DNA of 61,430 nt from a candidate division WWE3 bacterium (GTDB lineage Bacteria; Patescibacteriota; WWE3; UBA101185; UBA10185): the NCBI GenBank assembly GCA_003599255.1, contig QZJF01000017.1:179278-240707 (forward strand), given 5' to 3'. Under the pieces are notes generated by a model that worked only from the letters and a program-made list of their open reading frames with translations, was not told the DNA's origin and made no database searches. Made by a program: the position numbers and the translations under genes. This document shows positions 19,501-27,646 of this stretch, one piece after another; within the stretch, counting starts at the first letter, position 1, and each line of letters opens with the position of its first letter.

Positions 19501-20551
19501 CCCAAGCACATCCGTTTCAGCGTCAATATCTCCTAGTGCCAGTTTGTCACCTAGCGCATCGATCTCTCCCAGTGCGTCTGTTTCTGCATCAATAAGTCCG
19601 TCGGCATCGATATCGCCATCGGCAAGTATCAGTGCATCGGTTAGCCCATCTGCCAGTGTCAGTGCCTCCCTATCTCCTTCAGCCTCACTTTCAACGTCGG
19701 TATCACCTAGTGCCTCGTTATCTGCATCAATGTCGCCATCGGCAAGTGTCAGCGCATCAATTTCGCCGTCTGCATCCAGATCTCCAAGCGCATCCGCTTC
19801 TGCGTCAGTATCACCCAGCGCCAGTTTGTCTCCATCTGCATCGGTTTCACCAAGCGCGTCCATTTCTGCATCGATATCGCCGTCAGCAAGTGTTAGTGCT
19901 TCTGTTAGTCCATCGGCCAGTGAAAGTTTATCCGTCAGTCCCAGCGCATCTGTGTCACCAAGCGCGTCGGTCTCGCCTTCGGCAAGTGCCAGCGGTTCAA
20001 TGTCTCCATCGGCAAGCATCTCGCCCAGCGCATCAATATCTCCAAGTGCAAGTTTGTCCCCATCTGCGTCAGAAAGCGCATCAACCTCGCCGTCGTTATC
20101 TGTATCGCCGAGCGCGTCTCTCAGTCCCTCATCATCGGAATCGGCAAGTGTCAGCCCGTCAGCTCCATCGCCATCATCAGCCTCTCCTACTCCTTCAGAG
20201 GAGTCCGAGTCAGAATCACCTTCGCCGTCTAAAAAGACTGCTTCGGCAAGTGTTAGTCCCTCTGCATCCGTGTCACCTTCGCCAAGCCCTGTACTTCCTC
20301 CGGTTGTTCCTTTACTTACGCAAACCGAGCCGGTAATAAATAGAAATGCCCATATTGTGGTAAGTAGAACCAAAGGGGTACCTTATCACGCACATCGGAC
20401 TGCCCAATACGTAATCTCATCATGGAACACACTCGGCAGACCGAAGAATGCAAAAATCGGAACAATCGGCTTTAATTTTGAAACCAGTAGTTTAGAAATC
20501 TGGATCGGGAAACAATGGTTAAGTTTGCCAATGAAAAAAATTGTGGTATAG
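13580..20551 (+). CDS. Giant (2323 aa) Ser/Pro/Ala-rich repeat protein, putative heavily O-glycosylated surface fibre
   Basis: A strong purine-rich RBS (GGGAGAGGGGG) precedes ATG 13580. Layout is a ~177-aa N-terminal domain, an 82-aa SPSAS repeat, a ~177-aa globular domain, a ~1800-aa SPSAS[IVLA] repeat, then a ~90-aa C-terminal domain. No N-terminal signal peptide or twin-arginine motif is visible. Confidence 0.85.
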   Translation: MPTTITKYFSFNSTIEGFTGTPGNASTTMTRDTTEDSTNDSNAGTGTLQCITSGKNKNSTSTWNWTGTYESMGVPAGAVVTDVNINYDYKCYSYAVGNTCHSGPLTFGGTQISGENSITGTTSWITVTGTAITGLTDPSSTSKTISITLDTATGNSNSAVVGVRNDWIAVSITYTGVSPSASISPSASASASVSPSASVSPSASISPSASASASISPSASLSPSSSASASISPSASISPSSSLSPSVSVSASISPSPSPGSTGIVDMYDEKEMNDFEWLGEAEDGMGTGQSFTGDGGVLKSAYFYLALSYGTPSGNMYAKIFAHTGTYGTSSLPTGSPLAVSDPVDSSTVVSTEYNYFNFTFSGANKITLENGTYYVLTLEWDGIGSSAAIYCATNSSTGSHGGNICVASEVAYPTTIWGVNINGDLIFRIFSDLVSPSASVSASVSPSASTSPSASISPSASASTSVSPSASISPSASASASVSPSASISPSASVSVSISPSASVSPSVSVSASVSPSASISPSASISPSTSASASVSPSASISPSASVSASISPSASISPSASMSPSSSASESISPSASISPSASVSASISPSASISPSASVSPSASASASISPSASISPSASSSASVSPSASLSPSASISPSASASASISPSASVSPSASISASVSPSASVSPSASISPSSSASASVSPSASISPSASASASVSPSASVSPSTSISASISPSASVSPSASASASISPSASISPSASISPSASASASVSPSASVSPSASLSASISPSASVSPSASVSPSASASASVSPSASVSPSASISASVSPSASISPSASTSASVSPSASVSPSTSASASVSPSASVSPSASISASISPSASISPSASASASISPSASVSPSASTSPSASASASISPSASISPSASASASISPSASISQSASISPSASASASVSPSASISPSASVSASVSPSASVSPSASISASVSPSASVSPSASTSASTSPSASISPSASSSASVSPSASVSPSASVSASISPSASISPSASESASLSPSASISPSASTSASISPSASISPSSSISASVSPSASISPSASISPSTSVSASVSPSASISPSASASASISPSASISPSASVSPSASASASVSPSASVSPSASASASISPSASISPSASISASISPSASVSASISPSASASGSVSPSASVSPSASISASISPSASISPSASISASVSPSASISPSSSISASISPSASISPSASASASVSPSASVSPSASASASVSPSASVSPSASVSGSISPSASVSPSVSISASVSPSASVSPSASISASISPSASVSPSASASASVSPSASVSASVSPSSSISPSASISASISPSASVSPSASGSASISPSSSASPSLSVSASISPSASVSPSASISASISPSSSISPSASVSASVSPSASISPSASISPSASVSASVSPSASVSPSASVSASVSPSASVSPSASVSPSASASASVSPSASISPSASTSASVSTSSSISPSASASASVSPSASVSPSASASGSISPSASISPSASASASISPSASISPSASLSSSVSPSASVSPSASISASISPSASISPSASISPSASASASISPSASTSPSASISASLSPSASVSPSASASGSVSASVSPSASASASVSPSASVSPSASISASVSPSTSISPSASASASISPSASVSPSSSGSASTSPSASLSASISPSASISPSASISASLSPSASVSPSPSVSASVSPSASISPSASVSPSASTSASVSPSASVSPSASISASISPSASLSPSASVSSSVSPSASISPSASASASVSPSSSISPSAPISSPSASVSPSASISASVSPSASVSPSASVSASVSPSASISPSASISVSVSPSASISASISPSASISPSASASASVSPSASVSPSASISTSISPSASISPSASLSTSVSPSASISASASVSASVSPSASISPSASLSASLSPSASISPSTSASASESPSASISASVSPSTSVSASISPSASLSPSASISPSASVSASISPSASISPSASISASVSPSASVSASLSPSASLSTSVSPSASLSASMSPSASVSASISPSASRSPSASASASVSPSASLSPSASVSPSASISASISPSASVSASVSPSASESLSVSPSASVSPSASVSPSASASGSMSPSASISPSASISPSASLSPSASESASTSPSLSVSPSASLSPSSSESASVSPSAPSPSSASPTPSEESESESPSPSKKTASASVSPSASVSPSPSPVLPPVVPLLTQTEPVINRNAHIVVSRTKGVPYHAHRTAQYVISSWNTLGRPKNAKIGTIGFNFETSSLEIWIGKQWLSLPMKKIVV
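14111..14356 (+). repeat. Short SPSAS[IVL] coding repeat block 1
   Basis: 18-nt hexapeptide units with occasional 12-nt S[AV]S[IV] inserts. All six Ser codons are used within 14111-14242. Confidence 0.9.
14888..20290 (+). repeat. 5.4-kb degenerate coding repeat block 2 (SPSAS[IVLAT] hexapeptides punctuated by S[AV]S[IV])
   Basis: Read directly from the translation. Super-units of 16 or 22 aa (2-3 hexapeptides plus one tetrapeptide). The DNA copies differ by synonymous codon choice. Confidence 0.9.
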
Positions 20552-20593
20552 GCTATTTCACAAAAATCTGTATGCTAAAATTATTTTGATACT

Positions 20594-20788
20594 ATGCACA
20601 TACCCCAACCAATTTATATTGAAATAGGAAAAGGCTTATACAAATTAGTTGGGATGCCCTCCATTGGTTCCTGGGATACATCACTTAGGCCCAAAAATCC
20701 TAAGCCCGGCACCCTTGGATTTAACACTCAAACAAATAGTCTCGAATATTGGGACGGTTCAGATTGGCTGGCAGCTCAGATGTCCTAG
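20594..20788 (+). CDS. Small protein paralogous to the C-terminal module of the giant protein
   Basis: GSWDTSLRPKNPKPGTLGFNTQTNSLEYWDGSDWLAAQM aligns with [39 protein letters not shown], the last 44 aa of the giant protein. Confidence 0.55.
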   Translation: MHIPQPIYIEIGKGLYKLVGMPSIGSWDTSLRPKNPKPGTLGFNTQTNSLEYWDGSDWLAAQMS

Positions 20789-20832
20789 TACAAACTATTG
20801 CCTTTACTCACCCCAGGATATATATTTTATAC

Positions 20833-21051
20833 ATGGGTATAATCAACTTCTTTAAAAACTTAAGTCCGACTGAATGGGTAGTCATCCTTGTTATTTTATT
20901 TGTTTTATTCGGCAGCAAAGTGCTCATGAAAATTGGAAAAACCGGAGGAGAAACTTTTAAAGAAATGAAAAAGGTTAAGAAAAGCTTCATGGATGCAGTT
21001 AATGATGATACTGACGTGAAGCCGGAAGGGGGTACAAAGGAAAATGTTTAG
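20833..21051 (+). CDS. tatA: Sec-independent translocase subunit TatA/E
   Basis: Internal ATG of track ORF 20749-21051. MGIINFFKNLSPTEWVVILVILFVLFGSKVL...KEMKK is the typical TatA TM helix, LFGSK hinge and amphipathic helix. Confidence 0.8.
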   Translation: MGIINFFKNLSPTEWVVILVILFVLFGSKVLMKIGKTGGETFKEMKKVKKSFMDAVNDDTDVKPEGGTKENV

Positions 21052-21208
21052 ATCACTAGGAACAACCGAGTGGATAGTAATTACCGTTATCGTGGTAGTT
21101 CTCTTGGGAAGTAAGAAGCTTCCGGAATTTTTCAAGGGAGTTTCTGATGCTGTGAAGGAATTCAAAAAAGCAGCAAAAGACGAGGGTGAACAAGAGAAAA
21201 AAGTCTGA
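21044..21208 (+). CDS. tatA: Second TatA/E-family subunit (54 aa, below the ORF-track cutoff)
   Basis: My own translation is MFRSLGTTEWIVITVIVVVLLGSKKLPEFFKGVSDAVKEFKKAAKDEGEQEKKV*. The start overlaps the first tatA stop by 8 nt. Confidence 0.75.
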   Translation: MFRSLGTTEWIVITVIVVVLLGSKKLPEFFKGVSDAVKEFKKAAKDEGEQEKKV

Positions 21209-21220
21209 TAAGCTTTTGCT

Positions 21221-21979
21221 GTGGACAATATTATTTCTCCCGAACTTGCCGAAGTAGTAAAAAAATATTCCCGCTTTTTTGAAGAGGTACGCAGACGTAT
21301 CCTCTTTACTTTCATTTTCTTTATTGTTGCAGCTTTTCTAGGTTTCATCTTTTACGAACAGATTGTTCGGTTTCTCATTGTTTCACTGAGTTTGGAAAAG
21401 ATCAATATAGTCTTCACCTCTCCGTTCCAGTTTATAAATCTTGCAATCGGTTGCGGAGTAGTGACAGGATTGGTTGCTGTTGTCCCGCTAATTATTTTTC
21501 AAATCCTGGCTTTTCTCAGACCCGCCTTAAAGGCCAAAGAGTTTAGAGCGACTTTAAGATTTCTGCCGTTTTCTATTTTTTTATTTATATTTGGATTTGT
21601 TTTCGGGATCCTAGTAATGAAATGGCAAATTGGGTTATTTCTGGAAAAAGCTGCTGCATTAAATATCGGAAATATTTTGGACATTAGCGGTATCTTGAAT
21701 ACCACACTTCTAATAGGAGCGATTATGGGAATTGCGTTTCAATTGCCAGTAATATTGTTACTGCTTCTGAACGTAGGAGTGTTAAGCCGTAAACAATTAA
21801 CTTCAAAAAGACCTTGGGTATATTTGGGATCATTTATTTTTACAATGTTTCTGCCAATAGATTCTGTCCTGGCAGATCTTTTTTTAGCACTGCCCATGAT
21901 CATACTGTTTGAAATAACACTGTTTCTCAATCTGATTAGCAAAAATAATTTAAAGAGTATTCTTAAATTGGGACATTAA
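21221..21979 (+). CDS. tatC: Sec-independent translocase subunit TatC
   Basis: 252 aa with six hydrophobic helices and an N-terminal FEEVRRRIL pattern. It follows two tatA genes. GTG start. Confidence 0.85.
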   Translation: MDNIISPELAEVVKKYSRFFEEVRRRILFTFIFFIVAAFLGFIFYEQIVRFLIVSLSLEKINIVFTSPFQFINLAIGCGVVTGLVAVVPLIIFQILAFLRPALKAKEFRATLRFLPFSIFLFIFGFVFGILVMKWQIGLFLEKAAALNIGNILDISGILNTTLLIGAIMGIAFQLPVILLLLLNVGVLSRKQLTSKRPWVYLGSFIFTMFLPIDSVLADLFLALPMIILFEITLFLNLISKNNLKSILKLGH

Positions 21980-21984
21980 TTTTT

Positions 21985-22893
21985 CTAAAACAGATCTTTC
22001 TTTGCGAAAAAATAAAATAACGATATACAAATCCCGGTGGTAATTATTGCAAGAACACCAAAGGCAGTCGGATTATTTTGAAAGGGCAGAGGAATATTCA
22101 TCCCGTAAAAACTGGAAATTATTGTGGGTATTGTAAGAATAACCGTCAACGATGTTAGTATTTTCATTATCTTGTTTAAGTTATTTGAGAGAATTGTCGA
22201 ATAAGCCTCTCTGATGTTAACAATGTTTTTTAGATACGACCTGCTCGTTTCAATCAACTGCGTAGTGCTGATGGATAGGTCCTCAAATAGGTCTTCATCT
22301 TCTTCATAAAGGGACATGTATTTTCCGGAAAGTAGCATTTCCAGCGTCGACTTAATAGGCAAGAGAGCAGAAAGGTAGTCATTTAGATTCCTCTCGTAGC
22401 CTACAAATTTTATTATGTCTGAATTTTGAATTTTTTCGATCTTTGCGGCCAGCTGGTAGATGCTTTTGTTAATGTCATACATTCTTTTTTGAAAGGAATG
22501 ATTAATTTCCATAAAAATCTGAATAACAAGCTTTGTTTTTTGGGTCGTACAAAAATCGATTTTGTTCTCAAGAAACTTTTGAAGTGCTGGAAATTCCTCT
22601 TTTGAAAACAATAAAACATGTTCGTTTTCAATTACAATAAGGAGGGTTGACGTTGTGGTTTCGTAGGGATACTTAGTAAATATGTATGTCTTTCCTTCTT
22701 CAACTTCTACTCTCGGTACTTCATAAGGATCCATTGCATCTTTTACAATCGAGTTATCGAGATTTAGCATACTGCAGACTTTTCGCAATTCCGATTCATC
22801 AGGGTTTACAACATTAACCCAACAGCCCTTTTTTATTTCGGGTATTAGGTCAACGTTATTTGAATTTTTGCTTTTATATATGACTTTTATCAT
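21985..22893 (-). CDS. corA: CorA-family magnesium/cobalt transporter
   Basis: C-terminal YGMNIPLPF (GMN signature) between two TM helices, 302 aa. Confidence 0.85.
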   Translation of the reverse strand: MIKVIYKSKNSNNVDLIPEIKKGCWVNVVNPDESELRKVCSMLNLDNSIVKDAMDPYEVPRVEVEEGKTYIFTKYPYETTTSTLLIVIENEHVLLFSKEEFPALQKFLENKIDFCTTQKTKLVIQIFMEINHSFQKRMYDINKSIYQLAAKIEKIQNSDIIKFVGYERNLNDYLSALLPIKSTLEMLLSGKYMSLYEEDEDLFEDLSISTTQLIETSRSYLKNIVNIREAYSTILSNNLNKIMKILTSLTVILTIPTIISSFYGMNIPLPFQNNPTAFGVLAIITTGICISLFYFFAKKDLF

Positions 22894-22937
22894 GGGTGTC
22901 CCCTCAGGAAGTGCCTAATATAACTCAAAAGCAGGTG

Positions 22938-23360
22938 TTAAACAAGTTTAGTGTCGGATTTATCTTTGATTGCGGTTACTTCAATTTCTACGTTGCACCC
23001 TTCCTTAACTATACCACTTACTTCTACAAGAGTGCTGACCGGCTTCACATCCCATAAATATTTGTTTCTGATCTTTGCCACATCGTCAAATCTATTTATA
23101 TCAGTGATGTAAATAACAACCCGTATAATGTCGTAGATCGTTGCGTCTGCCTCAGCCAGCAGATCTTCAATACGTGAAAATATGTATTCCGTTTGTTTTG
23201 AGTAATTTCCGGGGAAAACCGGATTGCCCCATTCATCAAGCGCGGCAAGTCCTGTGAGAAATATCATTTCCTGGTTACCCAAGTCTACAGATATTCCGTA
23301 AGAATAAGCGCCTCTTTTCTTGTGAGCAAAAAATTCAGGACATAGTTGTTTTTTATTCAT
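22938..23360 (-). CDS. RidA/YjgF/UK114-family protein
   Basis: 140 aa. The size and C-terminal pattern ...STLVEVSGIVKEGCNVEIEVTA are typical of the endoribonuclease L-PSP/RidA fold. Confidence 0.7.
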   Translation of the reverse strand: MNKKQLCPEFFAHKKRGAYSYGISVDLGNQEMIFLTGLAALDEWGNPVFPGNYSKQTEYIFSRIEDLLAEADATIYDIIRVVIYITDINRFDDVAKIRNKYLWDVKPVSTLVEVSGIVKEGCNVEIEVTAIKDKSDTKLV

Positions 23361-23700
23361 TTTTCACCGATTCTTTCTTGCTTTTTCTCCCTAAAAGTTC
23401 ACTGAAATTTTCAAGAATTTCCTGAGCAAAGAAAGCCAGAAACATATAGGCCAACAAAGCAAATAGGGAAGATATTTCTACAACGAATCCGTCGGTTGTT
23501 TTTTCCGTAGGAAACATATTCTGGAAAGGGCGCAGGAGTGGCTCCGATGTTGTATACACCCAAGCAACAAAAGGAGCGGTTTCATTCGCTCCAAAAAACA
23601 CGAACCCGATTCTTAGCATAAGAACAAGTCCTATAAAATTAAAGATAAGGTTTGTTATAAGCCCCAGGCTCCGATATATAAACATAACCGAATTATACAA
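23353..23700 (-). CDS. YggT-family membrane protein
   Basis: 115 aa with two or three TM helices and an SEPLLRPFQNMFP motif as in YggT. Confidence 0.6.
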   Translation of the reverse strand: MYNSVMFIYRSLGLITNLIFNFIGLVLMLRIGFVFFGANETAPFVAWVYTTSEPLLRPFQNMFPTEKTTDGFVVEISSLFALLAYMFLAFFAQEILENFSELLGRKSKKESVKNE

Positions 23701-23801
23701 TTTTTCTGAGAGTTTTTCTTGATAAAGTGCTGTTCTTACTTTACAATTGCAAGGTGAATATCTATAGTCATAAATATTTTAAAATTTAACGGAGGAAAAA
23801 A

Positions 23802-24581
23802 ATGAAAGACAAACAGTATAGAAATTTTTGGAGCAGAGGAGAACAGAACGTAACTCAACTCATTCTCGTTGCTCTTCTTATTGGCGCTGCATTTTACATT
23901 GGAATGCTTTGGACCAAGGTGCAAAATTTAGAGAAAGGTGGAACTAATACAGGTTCCGTAGGAGCCTTAGGAGGAAACCCCAATCCTACACCTACAGCCC
24001 CTCCGACTACCACTGCAAAAGATCTTGCTCCGGTTGCAAACGACGACTTTGTAAAGGGAAACAGAAATGCAAGATTTGCTTTGGTTGAATATTCTGATTT
24101 GGAGTGTCCTTTTTGCAAGAGATTTCACCCGACCGCTCAGCAAATGCTGGATGAATATGGAGATAAGGTTATGTGGGTGTATAGACACTTTCCACTCGAT
24201 CAGCTTCACTCTAAGGCAAGAAAAGAGGCCGAGGCTGCGGAATGTGCAGCAAAACAGGGCGGCAATGATAAGTTTTGGGCTTACATTGATAAATTATATG
24301 AAATCACTCCCGCTAACAATGGCTTAGATGCCGCAAAGCTTCCTGAAGTTGCACAAGAAATCGGACTTAATGTTAATTCATTTAACACATGTCTCAGCTC
24401 AGGTGAAATGGCGGATGCCGTTGAGGCCGATTATCAGTCAGGATTAAAGGCCGGAGTCACAGGTACTCCGGGTAATATTCTTCTGGATACCAAGACAGGA
24501 AAAACACTGGTTCTTCAGGGTGCGGTTCCTTACGCAAATCTGAAGCAATCGCTTGACGCATTTATGAGCAGCGCCGAGTAA
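23802..24581 (+). CDS. DsbA-family thiol:disulfide oxidoreductase, membrane-anchored
   Basis: N-terminal TM anchor, a low-complexity P/T linker, a CPFC active site, and a C-terminal GTPG (cis-Pro loop) region. Confidence 0.8.
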   Translation: MKDKQYRNFWSRGEQNVTQLILVALLIGAAFYIGMLWTKVQNLEKGGTNTGSVGALGGNPNPTPTAPPTTTAKDLAPVANDDFVKGNRNARFALVEYSDLECPFCKRFHPTAQQMLDEYGDKVMWVYRHFPLDQLHSKARKEAEAAECAAKQGGNDKFWAYIDKLYEITPANNGLDAAKLPEVAQEIGLNVNSFNTCLSSGEMADAVEADYQSGLKAGVTGTPGNILLDTKTGKTLVLQGAVPYANLKQSLDAFMSSAE

Positions 24582-24607
24582 GAGTTAGGGTAAATTAAAC
24601 CAATTTT

Positions 24608-24641
24608 AGAAGGAGGCTATCAAGGCCTCCTTCTTTGATTT
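24608..24641 (+). terminator. Rho-independent terminator after the dsbA-like gene
   Basis: A 10-bp perfect stem, AGAAGGAGGC (24608-24617) with GCCTCCTTCT (24625-24634), a 7-nt loop, then a T-rich tail. Confidence 0.7.
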
Positions 24642-24671
24642 ATGGGTTCGCGGATGTAGTAGAATATATCT

Positions 24672-25652
24672 GTGAGCACAAATATTCATCATAGATCAAT
24701 TTCAAAGTTGATAAAGACAGGTTTTCCTCGAGTGGCTCCTAATGAGACCATTGGACATATTGAGACCTATTTGTATAAAGATATAAATAATTTCGATTCG
24801 GTAAACTATATTTACGTGCTGGATGCCGGTGGTACTTTTGTAGGAGTGTTGTCAATAAAAGAATTGTTCAGGAAAGACAAGTCAACAATAGTTGAAAAAG
24901 TGATGGTCCGTGATCTGATTAAGATTGCACCTGAAACATCACCTGCCATGGCCGCATATTTAGCGTTGAAGCACTCCATCAAAGAACTGCCGGTCGTTGA
25001 TCAGTCGGGAAAATTACTTGGAGTAGTGTTAAGCGATGACATCAACAAAATAGTTTATAGAGAATCTCGTGAGGTACTTATGCGTCACGCAGGAGTAGGT
25101 CATGTGGACATGAATATTGAAGACGTATTCAAGCTGCCGTTTCACACTTCTGTCTTGCATAGAGTTCCCTGGTTAATTTTTGGATTAGTAGGTGGTTTGG
25201 GATCAGCCAAAATAATTGACTTTTTCTCGTTTACTTTGGAAAGGAATTTGATATTAGCCTCTTTTATTCCATTAATAGTATATATGAGCGGAGCGGTAGC
25301 AGTTCAGATAGAATCATTTGTAATTCGAGATCTTGCTATTAATCCCAGAATGAAGTTCAGAAAATACTTTTTTAAACAACTGGCAATAATTTCTTCAATG
25401 GCAGTGATCTGTAGCGCGTTACTGTATGTGGCGGGTCTGGTCATGAATTTGGAAAAATCCGTAGCGACAACTTTAAGTGTGGCGTTGTTTAGTGCAATTC
25501 TTTCATCAGTATTTACCGGACTCTTTATTCCTTATATCTTCAACAAGCTAAAAACTGATCCGGCAAATGCCAGCGGCCCGGTGGCTACAATTATCCAAGA
25601 TACTATCAGCGTGGTAATTTATTTCACGGTTGCTACTTTGCTTATTCCATAA
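24672..25652 (+). CDS. mgtE: MgtE-family magnesium transporter (CBS pair plus TM domain, no N-domain)
   Basis: A CBS-like region (VLDAGGTFVGVLSIKEL, VVDQSGKLLGVV) and the MgtE TM signature DPANASGPVATIIQD. GTG start. Confidence 0.8.
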   Translation: MSTNIHHRSISKLIKTGFPRVAPNETIGHIETYLYKDINNFDSVNYIYVLDAGGTFVGVLSIKELFRKDKSTIVEKVMVRDLIKIAPETSPAMAAYLALKHSIKELPVVDQSGKLLGVVLSDDINKIVYRESREVLMRHAGVGHVDMNIEDVFKLPFHTSVLHRVPWLIFGLVGGLGSAKIIDFFSFTLERNLILASFIPLIVYMSGAVAVQIESFVIRDLAINPRMKFRKYFFKQLAIISSMAVICSALLYVAGLVMNLEKSVATTLSVALFSAILSSVFTGLFIPYIFNKLKTDPANASGPVATIIQDTISVVIYFTVATLLIP

Positions 25653-26931
25653 CAGTCACTTCTTTGGTAGAAAGTTCAAGAAGAGCGGGTTTTCTGAGAA
25701 TCGCTCCATCTGTACCGATTTCAACTGTTTCTATCACAGCGGTGTTTTCATTGACCCATAATAGGGGGCGCCCCCTTGTAATCTGTACCGGGTTCGAATC
25801 TTCTTCCCTAAGAGCGTCCGAAATAGTCGCATCCTGTTCCGCTGTAAGTTCATCTTGTTCCGAAAATGTTTTTTCGATTGAAGGGACGCTACCCTGACTA
25901 GAGTTGTACAACCAGACATATACATCCGGAATTCCGCTTGAAATGTCAGAATCGTACCTTTGATATAAAACTTTTGTACCATCAGGTGATATTACGGGCC
26001 ATTGAACATGCGCCCAACTGTGTGAATCTATAATAGTTCCGGTTTTATTTGGAAATTCCGCCAGTATAATGTTTGCGTCTTCGGTTGGATTAAATGAATG
26101 GGTGAATGCCCACTTCTTTCCATCCATTGAAAAGTTGAATTGAGATACACCGAAGCCAAATTCGTCTTTGACTTTGGTGTAATCACCGATAAATTTTTCT
26201 ACGTTGAATGTTACAAATCTCGTGTCCGCAACTCTGGATAACACCGTATCCTCATTTACAAAAGCGATGATATTTGAAAGAGGGCTCAATGCGGTAAGTT
26301 TGCCGTTTGAGATATCAAACATATAAAAACCGTTCATTTCCTCTTCTTTGAAGTTTTCTATCGTTCCCCACGGAATTGGACCGTCTTTTCTCTCTGATAA
26401 ACTATCTCTGTTTACAAAAAAGATTACCTTTGTACTGTCCGGTGACCATGCGCTGATGTAAGTAACATTTCCGGTTTTCGTGATTGCCTGTTTTTCAAGC
26501 GTGTCGTTTGAAAGCAACCACAGATCCTTTGAAGATTGATCTATGTATACGGTAAATAAGAGATTAGGTGACGGTGATGGTTCAATGTCTCCGACTTCGA
26601 GTTCTCCCCCGCAACAGGCGGCCAGTATACCTGTTTCTTTTACAAGCTTGTTTTCTAAGTCAAATACCTTCAATTTTTTTTCAGCGGCATCTATTAAGGG
26701 GTATCCCTTTTTCTTTGAAATCAGAGGTTTCCACTTTTCTCCCACAGGTGCGTTGATTACGTTTGAGACAGAATTGTTGTTGATATCCATTAAGAATTGG
26801 ATCATTCCGGACTTATATAGGTAAAATCCCGAGGTAATCGCTATTATTACTCCTAGAACGAATGCGGAAATAACGGAAATTATTCCCGAACCTGTTTCGT
26901 CAAATCCGTATATTTTATTTGTTTTTAGCAT
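25642..26931 (-). CDS. Membrane-anchored WD40-like (TolB/PD40-type) beta-propeller protein
   Basis: An N-terminal TM helix and repeated WSPDSTKVIF / ISPDGTKVLY PD40-like motifs. Confidence 0.5.
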   Translation of the reverse strand: MLKTNKIYGFDETGSGIISVISAFVLGVIIAITSGFYLYKSGMIQFLMDINNNSVSNVINAPVGEKWKPLISKKKGYPLIDAAEKKLKVFDLENKLVKETGILAACCGGELEVGDIEPSPSPNLLFTVYIDQSSKDLWLLSNDTLEKQAITKTGNVTYISAWSPDSTKVIFFVNRDSLSERKDGPIPWGTIENFKEEEMNGFYMFDISNGKLTALSPLSNIIAFVNEDTVLSRVADTRFVTFNVEKFIGDYTKVKDEFGFGVSQFNFSMDGKKWAFTHSFNPTEDANIILAEFPNKTGTIIDSHSWAHVQWPVISPDGTKVLYQRYDSDISSGIPDVYVWLYNSSQGSVPSIEKTFSEQDELTAEQDATISDALREEDSNPVQITRGRPLLWVNENTAVIETVEIGTDGAILRKPALLELSTKEVTVME

Positions 26932-26966
26932 AGTTTCATTTTACACGTATGGGGTTTAACGTGAAA

Positions 26967-27002
26967 GAAAAAATCTCGTAATCTTTGAAGGGATTACGAG
27001 AT
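26967..27002 (-). terminator. Rho-independent terminator of 27020-27478
   Basis: An 11-bp perfect stem (26973-26983 with 26992-27002) and an 8-nt loop, followed on the minus strand by TTTTTTC. Confidence 0.7.
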
Positions 27003-27019
27003 TGGATAAACGCATACAG

Positions 27020-27478
27020 CTAATTTAAACTGTAGAAATTGCCTTCGTCCCAGGAGGAAGGGTTATAGAATTGAGGATCGGTTTCTTCGAGATCCAAAAG
27101 TGATTCCAGCCATCCTTCCATGTAGTGTTCGGCTGCACGTGCGGCCACAAGGACATGTGCGGGTGCAAGTATTTTATGTGCAGCCTCATCATTCAATGTT
27201 TGCATTTCGTAAGTTGCGGCAATGTATGGGAGCATTATTCCGTCGCATATCGCGCACATAGTCGAAAAAAACATTGTAATAAAAGTCGAATTTTCCCAGA
27301 CATAGTCACGTACATCAACTAATTTCCGGGTAAATTCGGCGATTAGTAGTTTGAGAATGTCTTCCGGATCCATATCTGCCTGAAGTCTGATATTCCAGCC
27401 AATTGTTATCAACTGAGTATCAGTACCGTTTCCCCATATGAAAACTACACGTGCTATCGGTTGTGGATTGTCGCACAC
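27020..27478 (-). CDS. Hypothetical protein (orphan)
   Basis: I prefer the in-frame GTG at 27478, which is preceded by AAGGAGG with a 6-nt spacer. The track's upstream TTG at 27511 would place this RBS inside the CDS. No family recognised. Confidence 0.5.
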   Translation of the reverse strand: MCDNPQPIARVVFIWGNGTDTQLITIGWNIRLQADMDPEDILKLLIAEFTRKLVDVRDYVWENSTFITMFFSTMCAICDGIMLPYIAATYEMQTLNDEAAHKILAPAHVLVAARAAEHYMEGWLESLLDLEETDPQFYNPSSWDEGNFYSLN

Positions 27479-27567
27479 AAGATACCTCCTTTTATTTTTT
27501 GGTAGTACCAACGATAGAAACTATTATAAAAAAAAGACGCGGGTCGGTCAATACTATGGGACCTTAT

Positions 27568-27620
27568 AAAAAAAGGCGGGTACCGCGCGATAGTATAAAA
27601 GCTAATCTACGCGGTACCCG
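27568..27620 (-). terminator. Rho-independent terminator of 27647-28093
   Basis: An 11-bp perfect stem, CGGGTACCGCG (27577-27587) with CGCGGTACCCG (27610-27620), followed on the minus strand by CC and TTTTTTT (27568-27574). Confidence 0.7.
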
Positions 27621-27646
27621 TTGATGGGTTGAATTGGCTGAACGTG

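Noticed and set aside
14111-20290. Whether the periodic tract could be a CRISPR array or non-coding satellite
   Set aside because: The period is 18 nt with 12-nt inserts, with no alternating unique spacers. One frame stays open for 2323 codons and translates to a coherent peptide repeat, so it is coding.
14118-20336. Several 60-234 aa ORFs in the other two plus-strand frames of the repeat tract (Arg/His/Leu/Gln-rich)
   Set aside because: The cause is the same compositional artefact. They are nested in the 2323-aa frame, lack RBSs and have implausible low-complexity composition.
14818-20373. Very long antisense ORFs (448 aa and 1341 aa) encoding acidic EALGDTDA-type repeats opposite the giant gene
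   Set aside because: They exist only inside the SPSAS repeat tract and end where it ends. A Ser/Pro/Ala/Val/Ile codon repertoire leaves an offset antisense frame free of stop codons, so they are shadow ORFs of the sense repeat. The sense frame alone has an RBS, a start and non-repeat flanking domains.
20905-21348. 147-aa minus-strand ORF spanning the tatA-tatA-tatC junction
   Set aside because: The plus strand encodes three proteins with unmistakable Tat signatures, so the antisense ORF is spurious.
24582-24671. M-box or other metal riboswitch upstream of mgtE (and similarly upstream of corA and the Nramp-like gene)
   Set aside because: The leaders are under 100 nt. The one upstream of mgtE is mostly occupied by the terminator of the preceding gene. 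I could not find an extended conserved structure.
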